Shown in pieces: positions 13,401 to 18,897 of a stretch of 39,062 nucleotides of DNA. Source of the DNA: Scrofimicrobium sp. Its GTDB lineage: Bacteria; Actinomycetota; Actinomycetes; Actinomycetales; Actinomycetaceae. The notes beneath the pieces were generated by a model. It saw only the letters and a program-made list of their open reading frames with translations. It had not been told where the DNA came from and made no database searches. The stretch spans positions 1-39,062 of the forward strand of contig DAIOFF010000001.1 in NCBI GenBank assembly GCA_036745855.1, in the 5' to 3' direction. Every line of letters starts with the position of its first letter. Positions within the stretch are counted from its first letter, which is position 1. Position numbers and translations under genes: made by a program.

Positions 13401-13693
13401 TGGGCTTTGGCCACGTGTCTTCCCTTGTGGCGCTCACACACCCAGGTGCTTTTGAGGCAGCGATTGAGCGCTCTTTGGGCGCTGAAGCTAGAAGCGAGTG
13501 GAGGAAACGTGCCGAAGAGCGTTTGCGTGAGGGCGCCCGCCGCCTGGAAGCAGGAATGCTTGGACGCGCCGGGCTTTACGAGGCCACAGATAACCGACGG
13601 TTTGCATCCGGCCTTGATGTCCATGAGGCAGAAGCCGCAATGCTGCTTGATCCAAACGCAAGAGTTGGTTTATCCGGAGTTTACGAAGGTTAG
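4496..13693 (+). CDS. fas: Type I fatty acid synthase, bacterial/fungal-type megasynthase (AT-ER-DH-MPT-ACP-KR-KS)
   Basis: 3065 aa; AT GHSQG; ER AELAGGGQ and GHAGGHHSW; DH SGDFNPIH and HGMW; MPT GHSLGEY; Pro/Ala linker then ACP GVSARRNQLL; KR YGETK; KS GACATA, KHDTST, TGHAKG. Confidence 0.97.
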   Translation: MPTNFRPFSQTLASKGGPAYALAFAGQATSWKDHLDELTDETQIANALSQLVEASNVVLAPAHRELTLVGNGAFSLDGPDSGLSTDSMPGILATQYGALLDLADHGVDLRQNPPVAVLGHSQGLLGVQLFEAWMNDDFDRMAEVFAVARLIGAAATLAGRADETLPVGDATPMLSVRGVTRSELDSLLEKVGDNTATISLVNGPDRFVLSGKPSDLLKVIAKGEALSADDKQAIASKVRGGEPFAPIFDFLQVTTPFHCPLEAGALAQVIEWAKLCKMDMEFVQQLAKSILIDPVDWPTELKSAIGAGAKWIIDLGPGNTLGRIIEANLLGLGHGVIPAGSAADRDDFLRGGFEPKEAQDWSSLKPGLLSLPDGKVAVSTKFSRLTGRSPVMLAGMTPTTVDPEIVAAAANAGHWAELAGGGQVTEEVFAENLAGLRRGLKPGEAAQFNAMFLDRYLWNLQFGTQSVVLKARAAGAPIDGVVVSAGIPEVDEAVSLIKQFAEAGIPYVAFKPGTTAQIRQVLAIADAAPEFPLIIQVEDGHAGGHHSWEDLGSLLLATYGEIRGRDNVVLCVGGGIGTPERAADYLSGDWSAAYDMPPMPVDGVLIGTAAMTAKEARTTDEVKQLLLDTVGVPADDFNSGWVGSQQTRGGVTSGLSHLRADIHEIDNAAAKCARLIAEVSGDDEAVNARRDEIIASLATTAKPYFGDVDQMTYSRWARRFAELSFPWVDDTWIDRFLDLLRRVEARLNPAEHGEIETLFPDLESVRDAEAALIALEGAYPSALVTDVAPTDAAWFVDLCGKHPKPMPFVPVLDGDILRRWGQDNLWQSQDPRYSADSVRIIPGPVSVIGIDRINEPIGELLGRYEAEAADRLSLAGVQQVPARSRLADAKDAIALLRAAPHIMWSGNLIENPAHVLPSQSLTFTEQPENPGVFDVAIDFDTYWDGTPGGDKNHAVRGLTIPLRITAETISGGAPVVDRDTLPPNMFALLAATAGVGGKTITGDTIDALPVMTPDSEAEFGVASWEFTVDRELAAHHRAVTAEALPAEYQPDSWVPDAILGLCWPAIYAALGSALNDGYPVIEGLLSAVHLDHTASLDVDLDLLIADGPIKLTVKAHTAEVLESSSGRVVVVKERLFNGKQEIGAFSERFAIRGRIGSDTPPPSVANAGGRAESAIDTPRSVLRRVTVTAPADMTPFANVSGDFNPIHTSSRAAIVAGLKAPLVHGMWLSAVAQNLIQADGPDGEGWRITGWTYNMYGLVNLHDKVDLTVERIGRLNGGGQVLEVTCKIDGQVVSRGTAVTQAPRTAYVYPGQGIQRQGMGLDAIASSAAVRDVWERADATTRRDLGFSIMTVVRDNPVEFTSGGQTWRHPDGILNLTQFTQVALAVVAFAQTAQLRETGALVEGAYFAGHSLGEYTALSSYGEVFPLEVVLAIVFHRGTTMHHLVPRDEHGRSNYRMGALRPNQFGVTDADVVAYVEGVSEASGEFLQIVNFNLADQQYAVAGTIAGLKALQADANRRADEHGGKRAFMYVPGIDVPFHSKVLRGGVAEFREKLMSLVPKHIDTGRLVGKYIPNLVARPFELTREFGQAMVDEVPSELVAHLLEGDNWERALEDPDELTRKLLVELLCWQFASPVRWIETQDLLFRPMSEGGLGVQRCVEIGLASAPTLAGLADKTLKLPHFAGSRSSAYNLERDEKVVTCTDVRVLFEDEPEEDAASSAPSPSASTPAVPVPAPQETAPAAPAPAAPAGGARPDDIPFKASDAIKALMAYTNKMRVDQIADGDTTDTLTSGVSARRNQLLMDLSAELGLASIDGAADATVVELAASVDKLAHNYRPFGPVLKEAMRDRFRKVLGAAGVKPSRISERVTGTWLLGDGWANAVTAEVLLGTREGDSVRGGQLASLPLPSSPAEADAAIDQAVTEVAAARGISVGMPQSGGSGGATVDSAALDEFASSIVGPNGILADHAHGLLEALGLESRSLLPLGRQEADEDAVRVSKIVEAVSAELGTGWLDQVTPTFSPEKAVLLDDRWASAREDLARIWLLAGNKTQANFKAAGDAVANMAAYWQRKADNAGRADLAKTYAAIEEEARLSADEALPYKNEVALITGVTPTSIAGAVAARLLAGGATVIATSSKVDAGRLGFAKRLYRENAAPGAALWLVPANLSSYRDVDSLIDWVCGEQTKVVGADTQVVKPALTPTLFLPFAAPRVSGSMADSGEQFEAQTRLLLWSVERSIAKLAEAAKGKSGARVHVILPGSPNRGIFGGDGAYGETKASFDAIANRWNAEPVWADGITIAHPRIGWVRGTGLMGGNDPLVEAAEKAGISTYSTEEIAEELVALCSPETREAAEHGPVSADLTGGLDGTIDLGALKAEAMANAVVPLENDQDDSVYIRALPTPPSPLLPAFDKALWDSGTASPEDMVVVVGIGEVGTWGSGRTRHQAEIGINPEGGVELRPAAVLEMAWMMGLLRWQDSPVAGWYDTDDQLVHEEDIYDRYSDEVIARSGVRHFIDGDASIDGDGLDTGTLEETSIFLDTDVTFTVPDKETAETFVIQEPKLTRIAPLPDGEWEVTRLAGAEARLPRRALMSRRVGGQLPTGFDPSHWGITPSMLENMDRMAAWNLVTAVDAFLASGFSPAELLQVVHPAEVAMTQGTGFGGMTSMRKLFVDRFLGEEYPQDILQETLPNVVAAHVMQSYIGGYGSMIHPVGACATAAVSVEEGIDKIACGKASFVVAGAIDDMAVESVVGFGSMNATANTDEMLGKGIEEKFFSRANDRRRGGFVEAQGGGTVLLARGDVAAEMGLPVLGVIAFAQSFADGIHTSIPAPGMGALAAARGGEKSRFAMDLAALGVTADDIAVVSKHDTSTNANDPNESELHTRLAKAIGRTDGNPMFVISQKSLTGHAKGGACVFQISGLTQLFQDGVVPANAALDCVDGALSENPWLVWLRNPLDLGGIGPIKAGLATSLGFGHVSSLVALTHPGAFEAAIERSLGAEARSEWRKRAEERLREGARRLEAGMLGRAGLYEATDNRRFASGLDVHEAEAAMLLDPNARVGLSGVYEG

Positions 13694-13702
13694 GAGAAAA
13701 AG

Positions 13703-14146
13703 ATGACCGTCCTTGGAGTAGGCACAGATGTGGTTGATATTCCCTCATTTGCCGAGCAGCTGGCCTTGCCTGGCTCAAAACTTCGTGAAGTCTTCACGGC
13801 CAGAGAGCGCCGAAGAGCGAAACAGCGTGCAAGCGAACTTGAAGGCGAAGAGGCTGCCGCACCGAGGCATCTTGCTGCCGTGTGGGCCATGAAAGAAGCT
13901 TTCGTGAAAGCGTGGTCTGGAGCCATGGCCGGTGGGGCTCCTCCACTTGGCCGCGATGAGGTCAGTTGGCCTGAGATTGAGGTCCGCCATGATGCTTGGG
14001 GCAGACCGACCATTTCGTTGCGGGGCCGCATCCGCGAGTGGGTTCAGCGCACCCTTGGGGTCGAAGCCACTGAAGACTTGAGTCTTCACGCTTCTGCCAG
14101 CCATGACGGTGATATTGCCTGCGCCCTTGTAGTGCTAGAAAAGTAA
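13703..14146 (+). CDS. acpS: Holo-ACP synthase (4'-phosphopantetheinyl transferase)
   Basis: GVGTDVV, VFTARE, WAMKEAFVKA, GRP, SASHDG; directly after fas with SD AGGAG. Confidence 0.93.
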   Translation: MTVLGVGTDVVDIPSFAEQLALPGSKLREVFTARERRRAKQRASELEGEEAAAPRHLAAVWAMKEAFVKAWSGAMAGGAPPLGRDEVSWPEIEVRHDAWGRPTISLRGRIREWVQRTLGVEATEDLSLHASASHDGDIACALVVLEK

Positions 14147-14154
14147 TCCCCTAT

Positions 14155-14202
14155 GTGGTGCCTTGGCTGATATATCACCCAACTTATCGGCTAAGGCACC
14201 AC
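14155..14202. terminator. 18-bp stem-loop, probable terminator of the fas operon (possibly bidirectional)
   Basis: GTGGTGCCTTGGCTGATA (14155-14172) pairs with TATCGGCTAAGGCACCAC (14185-14202) with two G-U pairs on the + strand; lies between convergent acpS and the OYE gene. Confidence 0.75.
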
Positions 14203-14367
14203 CCCTTACCTGTTTACCAGGGGCTTCCCGAGGTCTTCCCCCGCTTCCCGCCCCTAATCCTTGCGCCAGCCAAAAATAGAAGTTCACCTCACAGCAACAA
14301 ATGTGTTTGTCTGATGGACAGAAAATAGGGACTTCTCAGCAACCAGTAATGGAAGTTTCTCCTGCAC

Positions 14368-15459
14368 CTAAAAGTATGTTTGCTCAGAAGCTTTCGTGTA
14401 TGCGTGGATTTCTGATTCCTGGCCGCTTACAGTTTTTGAGACCCATTGTGGGTCTGCAAGCAAAGCACGCCCAATAGCGAGCAAATCAAATTGCCCGCTG
14501 TCAAAGAAACCTTGAAGGTCCGCGGTCTTTACATCTTCAGAAGGCTCGTCTGCCAGAAAGGCAGTGTCGACCCCAACATGGCCAACCATGATTGTTGGCT
14601 TACCAGTAATTTTCTTCGTCCAACCCGCAAGCGTCAGGTCTGATCCGGCAAATGCTGGTTGCCAGAATCTGCGTGTGGATGGGTGAAAAATGTCTACCCC
14701 GGCTTTAACTAGGGGAAGCAGGATTCGCTCATATTCGTCTGGAGTTTCTGCGATTTTTTCGTCCCATCGCCCTGCTTTCCATTGGGATAGGCGCAAGCAG
14801 ATTGGGTAGTCTTTGCCAACCGCGTCTCTGACGGATTCCACGACTTCACAGGCGAATCGCACCCTGGCCTCTATTGAGCCACCGTAAGAATCATTGCGCC
14901 GGTTCGTGAACTGCCACAGGAACTGGTCAATCAAGTATCCGTGGGCACCGTGAACTTCAACGCCATCAAAGCCTGCTTGTTTTGCCAAGGCGGCGGATCG
15001 ACCAAATGCCGCTACGACCTCTTGAATCTCAGCGACAGTCGGTTCGTCAGTGATCTTCTTGCCAGATAGAGATAACCCTGATGGTGTAAAGACGGGCGCT
15101 TCAGGGAAAGGCGCGTCCCCTGCGCGGCGAACTACGCCTAAATGCCATAGTTGGGGGAAAATCTTTGCCCCTTTCGCATGGACGGCGTCGTTGATTGATT
15201 TCCAGGATTCGGCGGCTTCGATCGAGTCCAAACGTGGCACGGAAGCAGATGCCCCGGCGCCCCGGTGGTCAATGTAAACCCCCTCAGTGATAATGAGTCC
15301 TAAGTCCCCGGCGCGGCGTTCATAGTATTCGCGGACTTCATCGGTTGGAATGCCGTCTGGGCACCTGCCTCTTGTCATTGGGGCCATTGCGTATCGGTTT
15401 TGATACTGCAAGCCGCCTATTTCGCAGGGTTTGTCCAGTGTGTCCCAAATTGTCTCCAT
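14368..15459 (-). CDS. NADH:flavin oxidoreductase, Old Yellow Enzyme family
   Basis: MAPMTR, GLIITEG, QLWHLG, GFDGVEVHGAHGYLIDQF, NRRNDSYGG, IGRALLADP. Confidence 0.92.
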   Translation of the reverse strand: METIWDTLDKPCEIGGLQYQNRYAMAPMTRGRCPDGIPTDEVREYYERRAGDLGLIITEGVYIDHRGAGASASVPRLDSIEAAESWKSINDAVHAKGAKIFPQLWHLGVVRRAGDAPFPEAPVFTPSGLSLSGKKITDEPTVAEIQEVVAAFGRSAALAKQAGFDGVEVHGAHGYLIDQFLWQFTNRRNDSYGGSIEARVRFACEVVESVRDAVGKDYPICLRLSQWKAGRWDEKIAETPDEYERILLPLVKAGVDIFHPSTRRFWQPAFAGSDLTLAGWTKKITGKPTIMVGHVGVDTAFLADEPSEDVKTADLQGFFDSGQFDLLAIGRALLADPQWVSKTVSGQESEIHAYTKASEQTYF

Positions 15460-15538
15460 GCTGCGATGTTACCGCCAGGGCTCATTGAAGCCAGCGGCCT
15501 TCCAAGGAACGGTCGGCCGCTTACGTCTTCAAGTGTGG

Positions 15539-16069
15539 TCAGGCTGCCGAGGCTTCTTCGACTTCATCAGGCCGGTCAAACTGCACGTTTTCGTCTTCTT
15601 CGTTTGATAGTACTTCTCCGGTTTCGGTGTTAACGACGTGTCCTTCTTCAGTGACAATGGCAGATGTTTGTACTAATCCAGTTTCAGGGTCCGGAATTTG
15701 GCTGTCTGGTACAAGCTTGTGGAATGTTGTTGCGCCTCTTACAAGGTCGTGTCCCACAGTTATTGCGTGCACTGCTATTTCGGTCCGGACTTCTCCATCT
15801 TTGCTGAGCCAGCCTGCGGACCGGGGGTTCCCGACAACCACCACCGGTTCGCCTACGCGAAGAGATCTGTGCAGGTTGGCTGCAAGAACGCCCCATGCTT
15901 TGACGGTGTACCACCGTGGTTCTAGTTCTTCCCACGTTCCGTCGTCTTTACGTCTGGACCGTGGCACGGCCATCCTGAACCGCGCGAATGCGATGCCGGA
16001 TTCTGCGCCTTCCATGTAGGTGACTGCGCTTCCGGCTCGTCCTTGCAGTGTTAGTGTTGTTAGTTCCAT
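15539..16069 (-). CDS. ssb: Single-stranded DNA-binding protein, SsbB-like paralog
   Basis: OB-fold motifs ARFRMAV, WYTVKAWGVLAAN, GEPVVVVG, VGHDL; acidic C-terminus without a DDIPF tip; SD AGGAGAGG. Confidence 0.88.
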   Translation of the reverse strand: MELTTLTLQGRAGSAVTYMEGAESGIAFARFRMAVPRSRRKDDGTWEELEPRWYTVKAWGVLAANLHRSLRVGEPVVVVGNPRSAGWLSKDGEVRTEIAVHAITVGHDLVRGATTFHKLVPDSQIPDPETGLVQTSAIVTEEGHVVNTETGEVLSNEEDENVQFDRPDEVEEASAA

Positions 16070-16144
16070 TTTTATCCCTCTCCTTAACCAACAAAACCAG
16101 TTTTACTTGTCAAGGAAAAGACGTCGAATGGACTATATAAAATC

Positions 16145-16178
16145 TGTGGATAACGGCCTTTTAATTGTCTGTGGATAA
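16145..16178 (-). promoter_or_regulatory. Two perfect DnaA boxes (TTATCCACA on the minus strand) upstream of ssb
   Basis: TGTGGATAA at 16145-16153 and 16170-16178, same orientation, 25 bp apart; candidate -10 TATAGT on the minus strand at 16132-16137. Confidence 0.7.
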
Positions 16179-16799
16179 AGCGATTCCGCGTGCCTCAACT
16201 TTCGCAGCAATTTCCTTATAAAAGCCTGACTTAGGGTTTAGCTCTGCTGGGAAAAGGGCTTCGCGATAGTACACCAGCTCTTGGATCGATTCGAGGATGT
16301 CGGCCAACGCCCTGTGCCCACCATGTTTCTCAGGCGCACAAGCGTAAACACGCGGGTACCAACGTTTAGCCAGCTCTTTTATGGTTGACACGTCAATCAC
16401 CCGGTAGTGAAGATGCTCTGTTACTTTTGGCATGTACTCCAACAAAAAGAGCCTATCTTGCCCAACTGAGTTCCCTGCAAGCGCCGCAGATTGTTCATCA
16501 GGTACGTAGGTTTTAATGTATTCAAGCACTTGTTCTTCAGCGTCACCTAAAGTGAGGCCGTCAGCCAGCTCATCAATGAGCCCAGATTCTGTGTGCATAT
16601 TTGTGACGAAATCGTCCATTTGCTCTAGCGCCCCGTCGCTTGGGGCAATCACAACGTCAAGTCCAGGACCGACAATATTCAGGTCTGAGTCAGTTATCAC
16701 TACTGCGACCTCGACAAGTTCATGTCTTTTGGGATCTAGACCGGTCATTTCACAGTCGATCCATACTAGCGGATGTTTTGGTTGAGGGGATTCATTCAT
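16161..16799 (-). CDS. orn: Oligoribonuclease (DEDDh 3'-5' exonuclease)
   Basis: LVWIDCEMTGL, MHTESGL, LAGNSV, LHYRVIDVSTIKELAKRW, HRALADILESI. Start moved to ATG 16799 (MNESP) to avoid overlap with ilvA. Confidence 0.95.
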   Translation of the reverse strand: MNESPQPKHPLVWIDCEMTGLDPKRHELVEVAVVITDSDLNIVGPGLDVVIAPSDGALEQMDDFVTNMHTESGLIDELADGLTLGDAEEQVLEYIKTYVPDEQSAALAGNSVGQDRLFLLEYMPKVTEHLHYRVIDVSTIKELAKRWYPRVYACAPEKHGGHRALADILESIQELVYYREALFPAELNPKSGFYKEIAAKVEARGIALSTDN

Positions 16800-16837
16800 T
16801 CTTACAGGGTAGTGCCACTCACGAGTACACTCACTTT
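16800..16837. promoter_or_regulatory. Back-to-back -10 elements for leaderless orn and ilvA transcripts
   Basis: Plus strand TACACT (16826-16831)-6 nt-GTG (16838); minus strand TACCCT (16806-16811)-6 nt-ATG (16799); no SD for either gene. Confidence 0.65.
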
Positions 16838-18097
16838 GTGACCACGGTGACCGCAAGTGATATAGAACAAGCTAGCGCTGCTCTTCAGGGGGTTGTGCGG
16901 CAGACTCCAATGGATTTTTCGGAAAGATTAAGCACTGCTGCTGGCGTGCCTGTGTATTTGAAACGCGAAGACCTCCAGGTTTGCCGTTCATTTAAGGCAC
17001 GCGGCGCTTTCAATAATATGTCGCATTTGAGCGATGCAGAGAAGCAGCTTGGCGTTGTTTGTGCGTCTGCGGGTAACCACGCTCAGGGGGTTGCGAATGC
17101 TTGTAAGGCTCTGGGCATTCAGGGAACGATTTATTTGCCACAATCAGCGCCTCGGCAAAAACGTGAACGCATTAAGGCTATTGGCGGGTCGAATGTCACT
17201 TTGAAGTTTGTCGAGGGGCCATTTGATCGCGCCCAGGAAGTCGCTTTGGCGGATGCTTCCAATACGTGGCGCACCTACATTCACCCTTATGATGACCCTT
17301 TAGTAATCGCAGGTCAGGGAACTGTTGCGCTTGAGTTAGTTGCGCAGCTTCCAAAGGTGTCCACGGTTTTGGTACCTGTTGGTGGCGGCGGTCTCATTGC
17401 TGGCGTTGCTAGTTTTCTTCGCCATGCTTCCCCTGACACGCGCATTATTGGCGTGGAACCTGCAGGGGCTGCGTGTGTTTCGGCTGCTTTGAGAGCTCAT
17501 GAACCTGTGACTCTTGATGCCGTAGATCCATTTGTTGATGGAACGGCGGTTGGGCGCGCAGGAAATCTCACTTTTGAGTTGGTTCGGAGCTTGGTTGACG
17601 AGGTCGTGGTGGTACCTGAAGGCGCTGTCGCAACTGAGATGCTTGACCTTTATCACCTTGAGGGGGTGATAGCGGAGCCCGCTGGCGCTCTTGCTAGCGC
17701 TGCGATAGTGGCAGCCAGTAAAGGGCGGGTGAAGTCACTAAACTTGACTGGTCCAACCGCCGCCATTATTAGTGGTGGCAACAATGATTTGTCTAGGTAT
17801 GCAGAGGTCATGGAGCGTTCTATGACCTATCTTGGGCTCAGACATTATTTCCTTGTTACTTTCCCACAGCAGCCGGGTGCGTTGCGGCTTTTTCTGGATC
17901 AGGTATTGGGTCCTGGCGACGACATTGTGCATTTTGAGTACACGAAGAAAAACAACCGCGACACGGGACCGGCACTGGTTGGTATTGACGTTCAAGACCC
18001 TGACGATGTTGTGGGTCTTCGAAGGCGAATGGATGATTCGCCTTTGAACATTCAAACTGTAGAGCAAGACTCTGAACTATTGCGGTTCTTACTTTAG
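16838..18097 (+). CDS. ilvA: Threonine ammonia-lyase (dehydratase), short form with one C-terminal regulatory domain
   Basis: YLKREDLQ, SFKARGA (PLP lysine), CASAGNHAQG, VGGGGL, SGGNND, FPQQPGAL, FEYTKKNNR. Start moved to GTG 16838. Confidence 0.94.
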   Translation: MTTVTASDIEQASAALQGVVRQTPMDFSERLSTAAGVPVYLKREDLQVCRSFKARGAFNNMSHLSDAEKQLGVVCASAGNHAQGVANACKALGIQGTIYLPQSAPRQKRERIKAIGGSNVTLKFVEGPFDRAQEVALADASNTWRTYIHPYDDPLVIAGQGTVALELVAQLPKVSTVLVPVGGGGLIAGVASFLRHASPDTRIIGVEPAGAACVSAALRAHEPVTLDAVDPFVDGTAVGRAGNLTFELVRSLVDEVVVVPEGAVATEMLDLYHLEGVIAEPAGALASAAIVAASKGRVKSLNLTGPTAAIISGGNNDLSRYAEVMERSMTYLGLRHYFLVTFPQQPGALRLFLDQVLGPGDDIVHFEYTKKNNRDTGPALVGIDVQDPDDVVGLRRRMDDSPLNIQTVEQDSELLRFLL

Positions 18098-18142
18098 AAC
18101 CTGGTCTCTGATGCTGGATGATTATGGCAGTTAGATGCATTT

Positions 18143-18187
18143 TGTTGTTGCTTAAAGGTATCCTTGGTCCAGGCGTGAGCAACAACA
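18143..18187. promoter_or_regulatory. Inverted repeat TGTTGTTGCT-N25-AGCAACAACA flanking a GG-TATCCT -10 element
   Basis: Arms at 18143-18152 and 18178-18187; TATCCT at 18159-18164. Could act as an operator for the next gene or as the ilvA terminator hairpin. Confidence 0.45.
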
Positions 18188-18273
18188 TGTAGATGGTTCG
18201 GAATGAAAGAGGTCGCTAGCCGCATGGAAGCGGTGGCGGGCTTGTAGAACTTGGTTTGAGAAGAAGGATTTTG

Positions 18274-18882
18274 ATGAGGAAATCAGCGATTGGCGTGACA
18301 AGTACCCTGTTGCTTATTGGTACGTTTCTCGCCGGGGCAGGCGGCGCAGTAGCCGATGAGAACCTTAATGATGAGAACGTGGACCTACAAGTTGAAGTGG
18401 GAACGCGTTACCCTGGCGGAAGTCTGATCATGTCGGTTGATGCTGCTGCAACTTCTTTGGTTGAAGTTGAAAGCGGTGACCCCATGATCCGTGAGTTCAC
18501 TGGAAAACTTCCTACGGTGACTGTGACTGACACGCGCTCAGAAGTGACCAAACCATCCTGGTATGTACTTGGGTCCGCTGCTGATTTTGTTAGTGGTGAA
18601 GACATTATCACTTCGGATCACATGGGGTGGACCCCGGAACTGGCCGAAAAGTACGGCATGTTTGTGTTACCTGGTGATGAGATTGAATCCGTCATTGATG
18701 ATCCTGATAGTGAAGGACTTTCTGACTCTGATGGTGAACTTCTCTACATTAATGCCAAGCAAGAAGTCACAATGGACCAGATAGAGTGGAGCGCCACCGC
18801 GCAGCTTAGCCTGAAGGTTGCAGCGACTGAAGTTAAGCCGGGTACCTACAAGTCTGTAATGACCCTTTCACTGTTTGAGTAG
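18274..18882 (+). CDS. Secreted acidic protein with a WxL-like beta-sandwich domain
   Basis: Sec signal peptide (MRKSAIGVTSTLLLIGTFLAGAGGAVA, AxA site); motifs LPTVTVTDTR, WYVLGSAADF, MGWTP and terminal GTYKSVMTLSLFE resemble WxL-type domains; ATG 18274 follows AGAAGGA. Confidence 0.6.
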   Translation: MRKSAIGVTSTLLLIGTFLAGAGGAVADENLNDENVDLQVEVGTRYPGGSLIMSVDAAATSLVEVESGDPMIREFTGKLPTVTVTDTRSEVTKPSWYVLGSAADFVSGEDIITSDHMGWTPELAEKYGMFVLPGDEIESVIDDPDSEGLSDSDGELLYINAKQEVTMDQIEWSATAQLSLKVAATEVKPGTYKSVMTLSLFE

Positions 18883-18897
18883 GTTTCCCTTCTTACA

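Noticed and set aside
12613..13437. 274-aa minus-strand ORF and the many other antisense ORFs within fas
   Set aside because: Antisense to the conserved synthase domains, with Ser/Pro/Ala-rich composition expected from codon bias on the opposite strand.
4496..13693. Polyketide or secondary-metabolite cluster interpretation of the 3065-aa ORF
   Set aside because: Domain order AT-ER-DH-MPT-ACP-KR-KS and the acc/acpS context are those of fatty acid synthase I, not a modular PKS.
14203..14367. Pyrimidine-rich stretch with three CTTCCC copies after the acpS hairpin
   Set aside because: Too short and irregular to support a repeat or ncRNA call.
16070..16160. tRNA-His that often follows orn in actinobacteria
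   Set aside because: No cloverleaf, T-loop GTTCGA or CCA end visible; the region is AT-rich promoter sequence for ssb.
16145..16178. Replication origin interpretation of the DnaA boxes
   Set aside because: Only two boxes, a 91-bp intergenic region, and no dnaA/dnaN nearby; a regulatory role fits better.
16640..16856. Apparent head-to-head overlap of orn and ilvA in the ORF track
   Set aside because: Artefact of longest-ORF starts; family motifs begin after 16799 (-) and 16838 (+), each with its own -10 element.
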